DNA of 64,000 nucleotides from Gemmatimonadales bacterium (GTDB lineage Bacteria; Gemmatimonadota; Gemmatimonadetes; Gemmatimonadales; GWC2-71-9): NCBI GenBank assembly GCA_037189525.1, contig JBBCJC010000002.1, positions 1,056,001-1,120,000 of the forward strand. The letters run 5' to 3'. Both the position numbers and the translations under genes were made by a program. Positions 48,502 through 58,345 of the stretch are shown in pieces (the first letter of the stretch is position 1; the number at the start of each line of letters is the position of its first letter). The notes beneath the pieces were generated by a model. It was not told the DNA's origin, did not search any database, and worked only from the letters and a program-made list of their open reading frames with translations.

Positions 48502-49005
48502 CTAGTCGTCGAGAACCACTTCGGCCGGCTCGTCGAACCGTGAGGTGAGTTCCGGGTGGGCGTTGAGGATCCGGGCGCAGCTGTTCCAGCGGATCACGGC
48601 GTCGTCGTTACCGGGCGGACGGACCGCCTCGGCCTTCTCGTACCAATCCATGGCTTCGCGATACCAGTCGGTGGCCAGGCTGGCTGCCGTCAAGCTCGGG
48701 CTCATCCGCTGGGCGTGCCCGCGGCGCTCGCAGATGATCCCGGCATAGTAGGCGCGCTCATAGTCGTCGGTCAATTGCGACAGGACCTCACGCGCGCGGC
48801 CCAGGCCGCCGGCAATGCCCTGGGCAATCAGATCGGTCCGGGCCAGCAAGAGCATGACCAGCGCCTTCTGGTTGGCCGGTTCGATGGCCAGGACATCGAG
48901 GCAGATACTCTCCGCGGCGTCGGGCTCGTTCAACAGACGATAGCGCTCCGCTTTGGCCAGGGCGGAGGCCACTCCACCGGCCGTCATCGGTTTGAGCTCG
49001 AGCAT
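48502..49005 (-). CDS. Hypothetical helical (TPR-like) protein downstream of sdhB
   Basis: GGAGG RBS; 11 bp after sdhB; helical pattern with three Cys. Confidence 0.7.
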   Translation of the reverse strand: MLELKPMTAGGVASALAKAERYRLLNEPDAAESICLDVLAIEPANQKALVMLLLARTDLIAQGIAGGLGRAREVLSQLTDDYERAYYAGIICERRGHAQRMSPSLTAASLATDWYREAMDWYEKAEAVRPPGNDDAVIRWNSCARILNAHPELTSRFDEPAEVVLDD

Positions 49006-49016
49006 CGGAACCTCCT

Positions 49017-49772
49017 TCAGCTGGACGTGTCCTTCCCCCGAAACATCCCGATCAGTTTGGCAATCGGGTCGAATGCCTCGTCGATGACCCGCTCCTTGAG
49101 CGGAATGATCGCATTGTCGGTAATCCGGATTTCTTCCGGGCAGACCTTGGTACAGCATTTGGTAATGTTGCAGTACCCGATGCCGTGCAAGGTGCGCAGC
49201 GCTTCGAGACGGTCGCCGGTGTCGATGGGATTCATCTCGAGTCCTGCGACGTAGAGCAGGAAGCGCGGACCGATGAACTCATCGTGCATCTGGTGGTCGC
49301 GCAGCACGTGGCAGACGTCCTGGCAGAGGAAGCACTCGATGCACTTGCGGAACTCCTGGGGCCGGTCGACATCCTCCTGCCACATCCGCCAGGTGCCATC
49401 CGGCGCATCCGGGGCGCGCGGCGCCAGCTTGGGGATTTTCTTCTTGACCGCGTAGTTCCAGCTCACGTCGGTCACCAGGTCCCGCAGGTGCGGGAAGGCA
49501 CGGATCGGCTCGACCGTGACCGGTTCGCTCAGGTCCAGCTGGTCGAGGCGCGTCATACACATCAACTTGGGCTGGCCGTTGATCTCGGCCGAGCAGGACC
49601 CGCATTTGCCGGCCTTGCAGTTCCAGCGGCAGGCCAGGTCGGTCGCCTGGTCTGCCTGGATCTGGTGGACCGCATCGAGCACCACCATCCCGCCCGACAC
49701 CTCGGTGGTGTAATCCACCAGTTTGCCGGTGCCGGATTCGCCGCGCCAGATCGAGAATGTCGCCGTTGCCAT
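49017..49772 (-). CDS. sdhB: Succinate dehydrogenase/fumarate reductase iron-sulfur subunit
   Basis: CKAGKCGSC, CIECFLCQDVC and CNITKCCTKVCP. Confidence 0.95.
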   Translation of the reverse strand: MATATFSIWRGESGTGKLVDYTTEVSGGMVVLDAVHQIQADQATDLACRWNCKAGKCGSCSAEINGQPKLMCMTRLDQLDLSEPVTVEPIRAFPHLRDLVTDVSWNYAVKKKIPKLAPRAPDAPDGTWRMWQEDVDRPQEFRKCIECFLCQDVCHVLRDHQMHDEFIGPRFLLYVAGLEMNPIDTGDRLEALRTLHGIGYCNITKCCTKVCPEEIRITDNAIIPLKERVIDEAFDPIAKLIGMFRGKDTSS

Positions 49773-49800
49773 GCGGTGGCTTCCTCTCTCGCCGTCCAGG

Positions 49801-51609
49801 CTACTTGTAGGTCTCGACCAGTTCCGCCAGCTCGGCAGTTTTCGATGTCACCGGGCGGCGCTCCAGCGCCATCCGGCCGTCCGCTGCCTGCGTAATGACA
49901 TGATTGAGCGTGCCGAACTCGGCCTGTTTTTCGGGATAGTCGTCCCGGAAGTGTCCCCCGCGGCTTTCTTTCCGGGCCAAGGCGGACAGGATGATCGCCT
50001 CCGAGACCGTCATCAGGTTCTTGAGGTCGATCGCGGTGTGCCATCCGGGGTTGTAGGCCCGCCCGCCGGGTACACCGACCGCTGCCGCCCGCTCTTTGAG
50101 CCGTGCCAGTTCCTCCCGCGCGCGGAGCATCTCCTCTTCGCGGCGGACGATCCCGACCAGCGACTGCATCATGACTTGAAGATCCTGCTGCACCTTGTAG
50201 GGACTCTCGCCGGTGGTGCGATCGAACGGCGCCAACGCCTCGCGGACCTGTTCCTCGACCTCGCCGGCATCCGGAGCAACCGAAGGCTGTTCCCGCGCAT
50301 AGCGCGCCGCGAACTCTCCGGCCCGCTTGCCGAACACCACCAGGTCGGACAGCGAATTGCCGCCCAGCCGGTTGGCGCCGTGGAGTCCGGCGGCGGCTTC
50401 GCCGGCGGCAAAGAGACCCGGCACCGTCGTCATCTGGCTGTCACCGTCGACCAGGATGCCGCCCATGATGTAGTGGGTCGTCGGGCCGATTTCCATCGGC
50501 TCCTTGGTGATGTCGATGCCGGCCAGCTGCTTGAACTGATGGTACATGCTGGGCAGCTTCTTCCGGATGTGCTCGGCCGCGTTCGGGATCCGCTCCTTGA
50601 TCCACTGGATGTCGAGGAAGACGCCGCCGTGCGGACTGCCGCGTCCTTCGCGCACCTCGCGGACGATACAGCGGGCCACGTGGTCCCGGGTCAGCAGTTC
50701 GGGCGGCCGGCGGGCATTCTTGTCGCCCATGACGTACCGCCAGCCTTCCTCCGGCGTGTCGGCGGTCTGGGCGCGGTAGTTCTCCGGGATGTCGTCGAAC
50801 ATGAACCGCTTGCCCTGGTTGTTGAGCAGGATCCCGCCTTCGCCGCGTACCCCTTCGGTCACCAGAATGCCCTTGACCGAGGGCGGCCAGATCATCCCGG
50901 TCGGGTGGAACTGAATGAACTCCATGTCGAGCAGGGCCGCCCCCGCCTGGTACGCGAGCGCTTGGCCGTCGCCGCTGTATTCCCAGCTGTTGCTGGTGAT
51001 CTGATAGGCGCGCCCGACCCCCCCGGTGGCGAGCACGATGGCAGGGGCCCGATAGAGGCGGAACTCGCCCTGCTGGCGGTCGTAGCCCAGCGCGCCCGCG
51101 ATCCGCCCCTGCTGGCGGAACAGGCTGACGATGGTGACCTCCATGTGCACGTCGATGCCCTGATGGATGCCGTGATCCTGCAAGGTGCGGATCATCTCGA
51201 GGCCGGTCCGGTCGCCCACATGGGCCAGACGCGGATACCGGTGGCCTCCGAAATTGCGCTGCAGGATCCGACCGTCCTTGGTCCGATCGAACAGCGCGCC
51301 CCACGCCTCCAGCTCACGGACCCGCGCAGGCGCTTCTCTCGCGTGCAGTTCCGCCATCCGCCAGTTGTTGACGTACTGACCGCCGCGCAGCGTATCGGTG
51401 AAGTGGACCTGCCAGTCGTCGCGGTCATCGACGTTGCCCATGGCCGCGGCCATGCCTCCTTCGGCCATGACCGTGTGCGCTTTGCCGAGCAGCGATTTGC
51501 AGATCAGGCCAACCGAGACCCCGGCGGCCGCGGCTTCGATAGCTGCGCGGAGCCCGGCGCCTCCGGCTCCGATGACCAGCACATCATGATCGAAGGTCTG
51601 ATAGGACAT
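49801..51609 (-). CDS. sdhA: Succinate dehydrogenase/fumarate reductase flavoprotein
   Basis: GAGGAG, AHTVMAEGG, QFHPTG, HGANRLGGNSL and ESRGGH. Confidence 0.95.
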   Translation of the reverse strand: MSYQTFDHDVLVIGAGGAGLRAAIEAAAAGVSVGLICKSLLGKAHTVMAEGGMAAAMGNVDDRDDWQVHFTDTLRGGQYVNNWRMAELHAREAPARVRELEAWGALFDRTKDGRILQRNFGGHRYPRLAHVGDRTGLEMIRTLQDHGIHQGIDVHMEVTIVSLFRQQGRIAGALGYDRQQGEFRLYRAPAIVLATGGVGRAYQITSNSWEYSGDGQALAYQAGAALLDMEFIQFHPTGMIWPPSVKGILVTEGVRGEGGILLNNQGKRFMFDDIPENYRAQTADTPEEGWRYVMGDKNARRPPELLTRDHVARCIVREVREGRGSPHGGVFLDIQWIKERIPNAAEHIRKKLPSMYHQFKQLAGIDITKEPMEIGPTTHYIMGGILVDGDSQMTTVPGLFAAGEAAAGLHGANRLGGNSLSDLVVFGKRAGEFAARYAREQPSVAPDAGEVEEQVREALAPFDRTTGESPYKVQQDLQVMMQSLVGIVRREEEMLRAREELARLKERAAAVGVPGGRAYNPGWHTAIDLKNLMTVSEAIILSALARKESRGGHFRDDYPEKQAEFGTLNHVITQAADGRMALERRPVTSKTAELAELVETYK

Positions 51610-52410
51610 TCAGAGAATCCGGTAGTCGGTCCAGATGCCCATCGAGCAGAGCCGGATGTAGAGGTCCGAGAACGCCACGGTGATCAGGCTGATCCAGGCC
51701 CAGCGGTGGTGCGCCCGGTTGAAACAGGACACACAGGCGTACGGCGTTTGGAACACGGGCCGCTTCGAGAACTGGCGCCGGAAACCGCCGACCACGTGCC
51801 GGAGCGAGTGGCATCCCAGGGTGTATCCGCCCAGACAGATCACGTTGGCCACGAGGATCAGGCTCCCGACCCCGATTCCGAAATTCGTGCCGCCCGATCC
51901 ATCGGCAAACCAGAACCCTTTCCAGGCGTCGTAGCTCAAGAGCACCAGGAAGATCAGCGCGATGATCATGAAGTAGCGATGCACGTTCTGGAGGATCAGC
52001 GGGAGCCTGCGCTCGCCCCAGTACGTTTTCCGGGGTTCACCGACCGTGCAGGACGGCGGGTCGGCCCAGAAGGCTTTGTAGTAGGAGCCGCGGTAGTAGT
52101 AGCAGGTAAGACGGAACAGGCCGGGGAAGGGAAGAATGATCAGCGCGGGAGAAAACGGCAGCCATGCCGGCCACCACCCGGGCTTGGGCCCGAACCACGA
52201 ATGCGGCGAGTCGCCGAACACCTCCGGTGCGTAGAAGGGCGACAGATACGGACCGAAGGTGTAGTGCGCGTTCTGAAATGCGGCCCACGTCGCGTAGACG
52301 ATGAAGGCCGACAGAACCACGAGTACGATGAGCGGCTCGACCCACCAGCGGTCGCGTCGCATGGTCTCCCCGAACCGGCGTCTCGGCAGGGGAATGGCAG
52401 CCAATCCCAT
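51610..52410 (-). CDS. Succinate dehydrogenase membrane anchor, mycobacterial Sdh1 (Rv0249c)-like
   Basis: YLSPFY, FRLTCYYYR and GCHSLRH motifs; abuts sdhA. Confidence 0.8.
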   Translation of the reverse strand: MGLAAIPLPRRRFGETMRRDRWWVEPLIVLVVLSAFIVYATWAAFQNAHYTFGPYLSPFYAPEVFGDSPHSWFGPKPGWWPAWLPFSPALIILPFPGLFRLTCYYYRGSYYKAFWADPPSCTVGEPRKTYWGERRLPLILQNVHRYFMIIALIFLVLLSYDAWKGFWFADGSGGTNFGIGVGSLILVANVICLGGYTLGCHSLRHVVGGFRRQFSKRPVFQTPYACVSCFNRAHHRWAWISLITVAFSDLYIRLCSMGIWTDYRIL

Positions 52411-52619
52411 TGCGATTCAGTTCCCGGACAGATGGTGCGACCAGACGAACAGCGGTACTTCGATATGTTCCCGGAGGATACCTCCGACCGGCGCGCGAGG
52501 CTAGAGGAGGGGGCGACACTCGGGGGCTGGTCCGGGAAACGGCCGATGCGTTACCATTGCGTCGCCGCTGACCGATTCCGCGCGTCGGCCCATCGTTTCC
52601 GTCGGGGTGTGCTGCCGCC

Positions 52620-53456
52620 ATGTCGATCTCGGTGTTTGTCGTCGTTCTCGTCGCCGCCGTACTCAATGCGACGTGGAACGCGGTCGTCAAAGGCGGCAGC
52701 GACAAACAGCTGACCACGGCGCTCGTGACCGTCGCCGGGGCGCTGATCGCGGCGGTCATCCTGCCGTTCCTGCCCATCCCCGCGCGGGCGAGTTGGCCGT
52801 TCCTGGGCGCGTCGCTGTTCTTCCAGGTCGCCTTCTTCGTGCTGGTGGCGCGGACGTACCAGGTGGCCGATATGAGCCTGGCGTACCCGTTGATGCGCGG
52901 TATGGCGCCGCTCGTGGTCACCTTCGTGACGGTCGTCGCATTGGGCGAGTCGCTTTCGATCGCGGCCGGAGTCGGGATTGCCCTGCTCTGTGCTGGCGTG
53001 CTCGGGATGACGGGCGGGATTCCGCGCGGCAGTAGCGCGCGAGGCGTGTCGCTTGCTCTGCTCAACGCGGTCGTGATCGCCGGCTACACTATGATAGACG
53101 GAGCCGGGGTGCGGCGGTCGGGGTCGCCTGCTGCGTATACGCTGTGGCTCTGTTTGCTGACGGGAGTTCCGTTCGCGGTCTGGGTGCTGCGGGCTCGCCG
53201 GGCAGCCTTCACCGCGTATGCCACCCGCCATTGGTTCGTTGGATTGGTCGGTGGGGTCGGGACGCTTGCCTCGTATGGACTGGCTCTCTGGGCAATGACG
53301 CGCGCGCCGATTGCGCTCGTGGCCGCGTTGCGCGAGACCTCGATCCTGGCGGCCATGATGATCTCGGTCTGGCTGCTCGGGGAGCGGGTCGGACCGGTTC
53401 GCGTCCTGGCCGCGTGCCTGATCGTTGTCGGGGCGATGGTGCTGCGGTTCGCCTAA
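52620..53456 (+). CDS. EamA/DMT family transporter
   Basis: About ten TM segments, AYPLMRG and VAALRETS. Confidence 0.9.
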   Translation: MSISVFVVVLVAAVLNATWNAVVKGGSDKQLTTALVTVAGALIAAVILPFLPIPARASWPFLGASLFFQVAFFVLVARTYQVADMSLAYPLMRGMAPLVVTFVTVVALGESLSIAAGVGIALLCAGVLGMTGGIPRGSSARGVSLALLNAVVIAGYTMIDGAGVRRSGSPAAYTLWLCLLTGVPFAVWVLRARRAAFTAYATRHWFVGLVGGVGTLASYGLALWAMTRAPIALVAALRETSILAAMMISVWLLGERVGPVRVLAACLIVVGAMVLRFA

Positions 53457-53672
53457 CACAGGTGTGCCGTTCCAGTCGAACGAGCGTGTCATCCGTTCAA
53501 TACATGGCAGTCGATAGAGGCCTTAGCCTGTCGATGCGGCCTGAGTCCGGTGGGAATAGGATGAGGGGCTTTCGAGATCCTCGTCATGCCGGTTGAGTAT
53601 GGAGACCTAGGGCCGGGGAGGGGTTGTTTCCGCCCTCAGGGATGGCCGCTGAGGGATCTATATTTGTATCGC

Positions 53673-53963
53673 ATGGCAGATTCTCACACTGGCGGGGAGG
53701 CGCCCTCCCAAACCTGGGCCGGATTGACCCTGGGCCTGGTCGGTCGAGCCTTGATCAATCCGAGGCTCGCCCTCGACCTGCTTCGGATGGCCTGGTCCTT
53801 CCGCCGTCGCTTCTGGTGGCGTACCGCGCCATTCCTGCCGGTGCCCGACCCGGCGTACCTGCGCTGGCGGATGTATACCGCCTACGGCAGCGAGGACGCC
53901 GTCCCGCCGGTCAATGACATCGTCCGGTTCGCTCGCTGGCGCCGGGAGACGATGCGGCTGTGA
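53673..53963 (+). CDS. Small hypothetical protein
   Basis: PFLPVPDPAYLRWRMYTAYG; GTGA overlap with ndh. Confidence 0.65.
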   Translation: MADSHTGGEAPSQTWAGLTLGLVGRALINPRLALDLLRMAWSFRRRFWWRTAPFLPVPDPAYLRWRMYTAYGSEDAVPPVNDIVRFARWRRETMRL

Positions 53964-55243
53964 GTCGCCCGCGTGTGGTGATCCTGGGGGGCGGGTTCGC
54001 GGGTCTCTATCTCGCCAAGGAGCTGGCGGGCCGCCCCGTCGACGTGACCCTGGTCGATCGCACCAATCACCATCTGTTCCAGCCGATGCTGTACCAGATC
54101 GCGACGGCGGCGCTGTCGCCCGGCGACATCGCATCACCGATCCGGTCGATCCTCCGCCGCGCCGGGAACATCGAGGTTCAGCTCGGCGAGGCCGCTGCAA
54201 TCGATCGTGCGGCCCGGTCGGTCACCCTCACCGACGGCAGTGTCATTCCGTTCGATTACCTGGCCGTTGCCACCGGCGCCCGCCACTCGTACTTCGGGCG
54301 ACCGGACTGGGAGGCGCTGGCTCCGGGCATCAAGGACCTGGACGATGCGCTCGAAGTGCGCCGCCGGATTCTCCTGGCATTCGAGCGCGCCGAGCGGGAG
54401 ACCGATCCGGTTGCTCGGCAGAAGCACCTGACCTTCGTGGTCATCGGCGGCGGGCCGACCGGTGTCGAGTTGGCCGGCACGTTGGCGGAGATCCGCCGCT
54501 TTGCGCTGCGTCGGGACTTCCGGCGGATCGATCCGCGCGACGCCACCGTCATGCTGCTGGAGGGCGGTTCTCGGCTGCTGCCGTCCTATCCGGAGGAATT
54601 GAGTCAGAAGGCCAAGGAAACGCTCCGGGAAATGGGCGTCGACGTGCGCACCGAGACGTTCGTCACCGCGATCGAGCCGGGTTTCGTCACCGCCGCCGAC
54701 TGGCGCATTCCCGCCGCGACGATCCTCTGGGCCGCGGGTAATCAGGCGAGCCCCATCCTCCGGGATCTGGATGTCCCGCTTGACCGGCAAGGGCGGGTCA
54801 TCGTCGAACCGGATTGCAGCATCCCCGGCGACTCGAAGATCTTCGTTCTGGGAGACGCCGCCGCCCACCTGCACGGCAAGGAGCCGGTTCCGGCGGTCTG
54901 CCCGGCGGCGATCCAGATGGGCCAGTATGCGGGGCGAACCGTTCGTGCGGACCTGGCGAACAAGCCGAGAACGCCGTTTCGGTACTGGGACAAAGGGCAG
55001 CTCGCCGTGATCGGACGCGGCCGAGCCGTGGCGGACATCGGACGATTCGAAACCGATGGGTTCGTGGCGTGGCTGCTCTGGATCTTCGTCCACATCTTCT
55101 TTCTGATCGGCTTCCGGAATCGGGTCGTGGTGCTCTTCGAGTGGGCCTGGTCGTTCATCACCTTCCAGCGGGGCGCCCGCCTGATTACCGGGGTCTGGGA
55201 ACCCGGCACCCTCCTGGAACGTCCGAAGGGAGAGAACCCGTGA
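53960..55243 (+). CDS. ndh: Type II NADH dehydrogenase family FAD oxidoreductase
   Basis: GGGFAG, HLFQPMLYQ, GGGPTGVELAG, WAAG and DKGQLAVIGR. Confidence 0.9.
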   Translation: MSRPRVVILGGGFAGLYLAKELAGRPVDVTLVDRTNHHLFQPMLYQIATAALSPGDIASPIRSILRRAGNIEVQLGEAAAIDRAARSVTLTDGSVIPFDYLAVATGARHSYFGRPDWEALAPGIKDLDDALEVRRRILLAFERAERETDPVARQKHLTFVVIGGGPTGVELAGTLAEIRRFALRRDFRRIDPRDATVMLLEGGSRLLPSYPEELSQKAKETLREMGVDVRTETFVTAIEPGFVTAADWRIPAATILWAAGNQASPILRDLDVPLDRQGRVIVEPDCSIPGDSKIFVLGDAAAHLHGKEPVPAVCPAAIQMGQYAGRTVRADLANKPRTPFRYWDKGQLAVIGRGRAVADIGRFETDGFVAWLLWIFVHIFFLIGFRNRVVVLFEWAWSFITFQRGARLITGVWEPGTLLERPKGENP

Positions 55244-56166
55244 GCCTGCGCAGCGGTCTTGCGCAGGAAGCAGAGCGGCTCGGCTTCGTAGCTTGCGGGG
55301 TGACCACGCTCGACCCCAATGCACACGGTCATGTGCTCGATGCCTGGCTTGCTAAGGGGTACGGCGGGACGATGCGGTACCTCAATCGGCAGGCCAAGAA
55401 GCGGAAGCAGCCGGCGGACATCGTGCCCGGTGCGGTACGCGCCGTCCTCGTGCTCGAGAACTATTACCTCGAGGATCCGCCCGCCGAGGGTAAGCAGGTG
55501 CGGATTGCCCGCTATGCGCGGGGGCGCGACTACCATCAGCATTTCCGGGCGCGGATCGATCAGCTTGGTGCGTGGCTCACGGCGCAGGGCGCGTCGATTG
55601 CGCATTCGTACGCCGACAGCGGCCCCGTGCCGGAGCGTGAGCTGGCGGTGCGCGCCGGGCTCGGCTGGATCGGCAAGAACGCGATGCTGGTCAGGCCGGG
55701 GGTCGGGTCGTTCTTTTTCATCGGCTCGTTGCTCACCGACCTCCCGATCGAGCCGGACCCGCCGTTTGCAACCGATCACTGCGGCAGCTGTACCCGATGT
55801 CTCGACGCCTGTCCAACCGAGGCACTGGTCGAACCGGGCGTGCTCGACGCCACCAGGTGTATTGCGTACCTCACCATCGAATACAAGGCCGAGATCCCCG
55901 AACCGCTGGTCGACCGGCTGGCGGGGTGGGCGTTCGGTTGTGATATCTGTAACGAGGTCTGCCCCTGGAACGTCCGGTTTGCCACGCCGACCGATGATGC
56001 GGCCTATCGGGATCGCGGCGCCATCGCGACCGATGACCCCGCGTTCTTCGAGCAGATGGACGAAGACACCTTCGCCGCCCGGTTCGGCGATACCCCGCTC
56101 GAGCGCCCCGGTCTGGACCGGATGCGCCGCAACTTCACCAACGCCTTTCGTTCGTTATCCTCATGA
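55240..56166 (+). CDS. queG: tRNA epoxyqueuosine(34) reductase
   Basis: ARYARGRDYH, DSGPVPER, GLGWIGKN, CGSCTRCLDACP and GCDICNEVCPWN. Confidence 0.93.
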   Translation: MSLRSGLAQEAERLGFVACGVTTLDPNAHGHVLDAWLAKGYGGTMRYLNRQAKKRKQPADIVPGAVRAVLVLENYYLEDPPAEGKQVRIARYARGRDYHQHFRARIDQLGAWLTAQGASIAHSYADSGPVPERELAVRAGLGWIGKNAMLVRPGVGSFFFIGSLLTDLPIEPDPPFATDHCGSCTRCLDACPTEALVEPGVLDATRCIAYLTIEYKAEIPEPLVDRLAGWAFGCDICNEVCPWNVRFATPTDDAAYRDRGAIATDDPAFFEQMDEDTFAARFGDTPLERPGLDRMRRNFTNAFRSLSS

Positions 56167-56540
56167 TTCAACGCATGCATTCGATCGCGGTGTTCGTCAA
56201 CGACCTGGAACCCGCGATGGTTTTTTATCGGGATGTGCTCAAGCTGCCGGTACACAAGGCGGGATCGTTTGGTGCGGAGTTCCTCGAGTTGCCGCCGCAC
56301 TTGAGCGTGCATCCGGCCAATCACCCGGACGCGAAAAAACTGGTGGGCCGCCATACCGGGATTACTCTGGAGGTGGAAGGCCTGCTGCACTTCTGCGGCG
56401 ACCTGCATGCCAAGGGGGTCAAGTTCCTGACGGAGCCGACGCAGATGGCCTGGGGTATCATGGCGATGGTCAGTGACCCGGAAGGGAATGTCTTCGCGCT
56501 CTGGGAGAACAAGTTGCCGGAGGATCAGGAGCCCGGCTGA
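56163..56540 (+). CDS. VOC/glyoxalase family protein
   Basis: FYRDVL and WG...DPEGN. Confidence 0.88.
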   Translation: MIQRMHSIAVFVNDLEPAMVFYRDVLKLPVHKAGSFGAEFLELPPHLSVHPANHPDAKKLVGRHTGITLEVEGLLHFCGDLHAKGVKFLTEPTQMAWGIMAMVSDPEGNVFALWENKLPEDQEPG

Positions 56541-56566
56541 CCCGCTAGCTGCACATCAGGAGAGGC

Positions 56567-56596
56567 GGGGGCGCGGCGGAAACCGTGCCCCCTTTT
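56567..56596 (+). terminator. Intrinsic terminator
   Basis: GGGGGCGCGG-loop-CCGTGCCCCC-TTTT. Confidence 0.65.
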
Positions 56597-56600
56597 CGTG

Positions 56601-57713
56601 TCAGGGAACCAGCGGGCGCGCCTGGATCGGAACGCCGAGTGCGGCGTGCACCAGCTGGCGCATCAGCTCGCCGCTCCGGGCCGTGCCGGAGTTCGCGATC
56701 ACGGTCACCGACAGCTGCTCGCTCGGGATCCAGGTGTTGGCCGTGATGAACCCTGGAATGCCGCCGCCGTGCGAGATCGCCTGCCGTCCCGCCATCGAGT
56801 CGACTCCCAGCCCGAATCCGTAGCCCCGGTTCTCGCCACGCGCGGCGGGGCCTTCGGGCGTCGTCATCAGCCGGTATGATTCCGCCGACACGACCTTCCC
56901 GTTGTGCAGCGCCTGGTTCCAACGCACCAGATCACCGGCCGTCGAGCACATCGCGCCTGCTGCGTGGGGCTGTGACATCGCCAGGAAGGGCGAGTTGACC
57001 CAGCCGCCCTCTTTCTTCTGCTCGTAGCCGTGGCCGCGGTTCGGAATGATCGACTCGGTCAGGCAGTTCCGCGTATCCGAAAGACCGAGCGGCTTGGCGA
57101 ACCGTTCCTGGAGATCCTCACCCCAGGGCCGACCGGTCACTTTCTCGATCAGCATTCCCAGGATGACATAGCCGCTGTTGTTGTAGGCGTACTTGGTTCC
57201 GATCGGAAAATCGAGCGGCTTCCCGGCACTCAGGGCAACGATGGTGTCGGTCGACATCTCCTCGCCCCAGCGGGAACGCCATGCCGGCCCGAGGCTGGTA
57301 TAGCTCGGGATACCGGACGTGTGGTTGAGGAGCTGCCGAACCGTGACCGGCTCCCAGGGGTCCGGCAACGAGGGCAGGTATTTCCCGATCGGGTCGTCCA
57401 GTTTGACCTTGCCCTGTTCCACCAGCTGCATCACCGCCGCCGCGGTGAACTGCTTGGTCACCGATCCGATCCGGTAAACCGACTTGGCCGTGGCGGGTGT
57501 CTGATTCTCGAGGTCGGCCATGCCGTAGCCGCTCAGGAGCAGGGTGTCTTTGCCGCGAACGACCGAGACCACCACGCTCGGCGCGCCACCCGACGTGACG
57601 AAGGCGCGTGACAGGGAATCAGCCAGCCGGTGCACGGTGGCCGGCGCCGGAAGAGACTGGGCGCTGGCGCTGGCCGCGATGCCGAGGGTCAGACAGAGGG
57701 TAAGGCGTACCAT
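56601..57713 (-). CDS. Serine hydrolase, beta-lactamase class C/AmpC-like family
   Basis: SVTK (SxxK), YNN (YxN), HGG and LLNHTSG; signal peptide. Confidence 0.9.
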   Translation of the reverse strand: MVRLTLCLTLGIAASASAQSLPAPATVHRLADSLSRAFVTSGGAPSVVVSVVRGKDTLLLSGYGMADLENQTPATAKSVYRIGSVTKQFTAAAVMQLVEQGKVKLDDPIGKYLPSLPDPWEPVTVRQLLNHTSGIPSYTSLGPAWRSRWGEEMSTDTIVALSAGKPLDFPIGTKYAYNNSGYVILGMLIEKVTGRPWGEDLQERFAKPLGLSDTRNCLTESIIPNRGHGYEQKKEGGWVNSPFLAMSQPHAAGAMCSTAGDLVRWNQALHNGKVVSAESYRLMTTPEGPAARGENRGYGFGLGVDSMAGRQAISHGGGIPGFITANTWIPSEQLSVTVIANSGTARSGELMRQLVHAALGVPIQARPLVP

Positions 57714-57749
57714 CAACGGATTCTCCGGGAACGAGGGGGCTGCGACGGT

Positions 57750-58247
57750 CTAACGGAGTTCACCGCTGCCCGGTTTCATCGACTCATGGACCGCTACAAT
57801 CTTCCAGCGCCCGTCCTCGTGCACCAGTACCTCGCTTCGCGCGACCACTTCCCGCCAGACTCGGCCCGACGTATCCGCCTTTTCACAGTCGAGCACCGCG
57901 GTCACCACGGCGGCGGTTCGGCTCAGGACGTCCACGCGGAACGGATCGGGCCAGTGGCACTCCACTCTGGTGTAGGTCGCATAACGGGGCGGCGCCCCGC
58001 GGAGGATCGCGGGCCAGTCACCGATCTCGCCGTTGCCGACGTATGCCGTGTTGGCGCCGTAGTACGCCAGCACGGAATCGACGTCCCGTGTGCGCATGGC
58101 GACGATCATCGCCTCCGACACGGCGCGCACGGTGTCCTCGATCGCAGCGCGCGCCGTGGCATCGAGCGGCGGCCGCGCCGGAGTCGACCCGGCGCTGCAG
58201 CCGGCAAGCCCGAGGGCAATGCCGAACTGTTGGAGAAGTTTCTTCAT
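57750..58247 (-). CDS. NTF2/SnoaL-like (DUF4440) lipoprotein
   Basis: Lipobox LAGC; C-terminal DGRWKIVAVHES. Confidence 0.75.
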   Translation of the reverse strand: MKKLLQQFGIALGLAGCSAGSTPARPPLDATARAAIEDTVRAVSEAMIVAMRTRDVDSVLAYYGANTAYVGNGEIGDWPAILRGAPPRYATYTRVECHWPDPFRVDVLSRTAAVVTAVLDCEKADTSGRVWREVVARSEVLVHEDGRWKIVAVHESMKPGSGELR

Positions 58248-58345
58248 GCGGACGAGGATACCGTCTGCGTCCGGGCAGGGGAAGGGTAGTGCTCGGCGGG
58301 GAGAGTGGGCGGAACCGCGAACACGATTCCGCCCGGTGCTGCAGC

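Noticed and set aside
49723..52713. 996-aa plus-strand ORF
   Set aside because: Antisense shadow of the sdh genes; long stop-free antisense frames are expected at this GC content and it shows no recognisable motifs.
56601..57713. Bona fide beta-lactamase resistance gene
   Set aside because: SxxK/YxN/HGG places it in the broad serine hydrolase family; substrate cannot be inferred. The same caution applies to the MBL-fold gene at 3507-4427.
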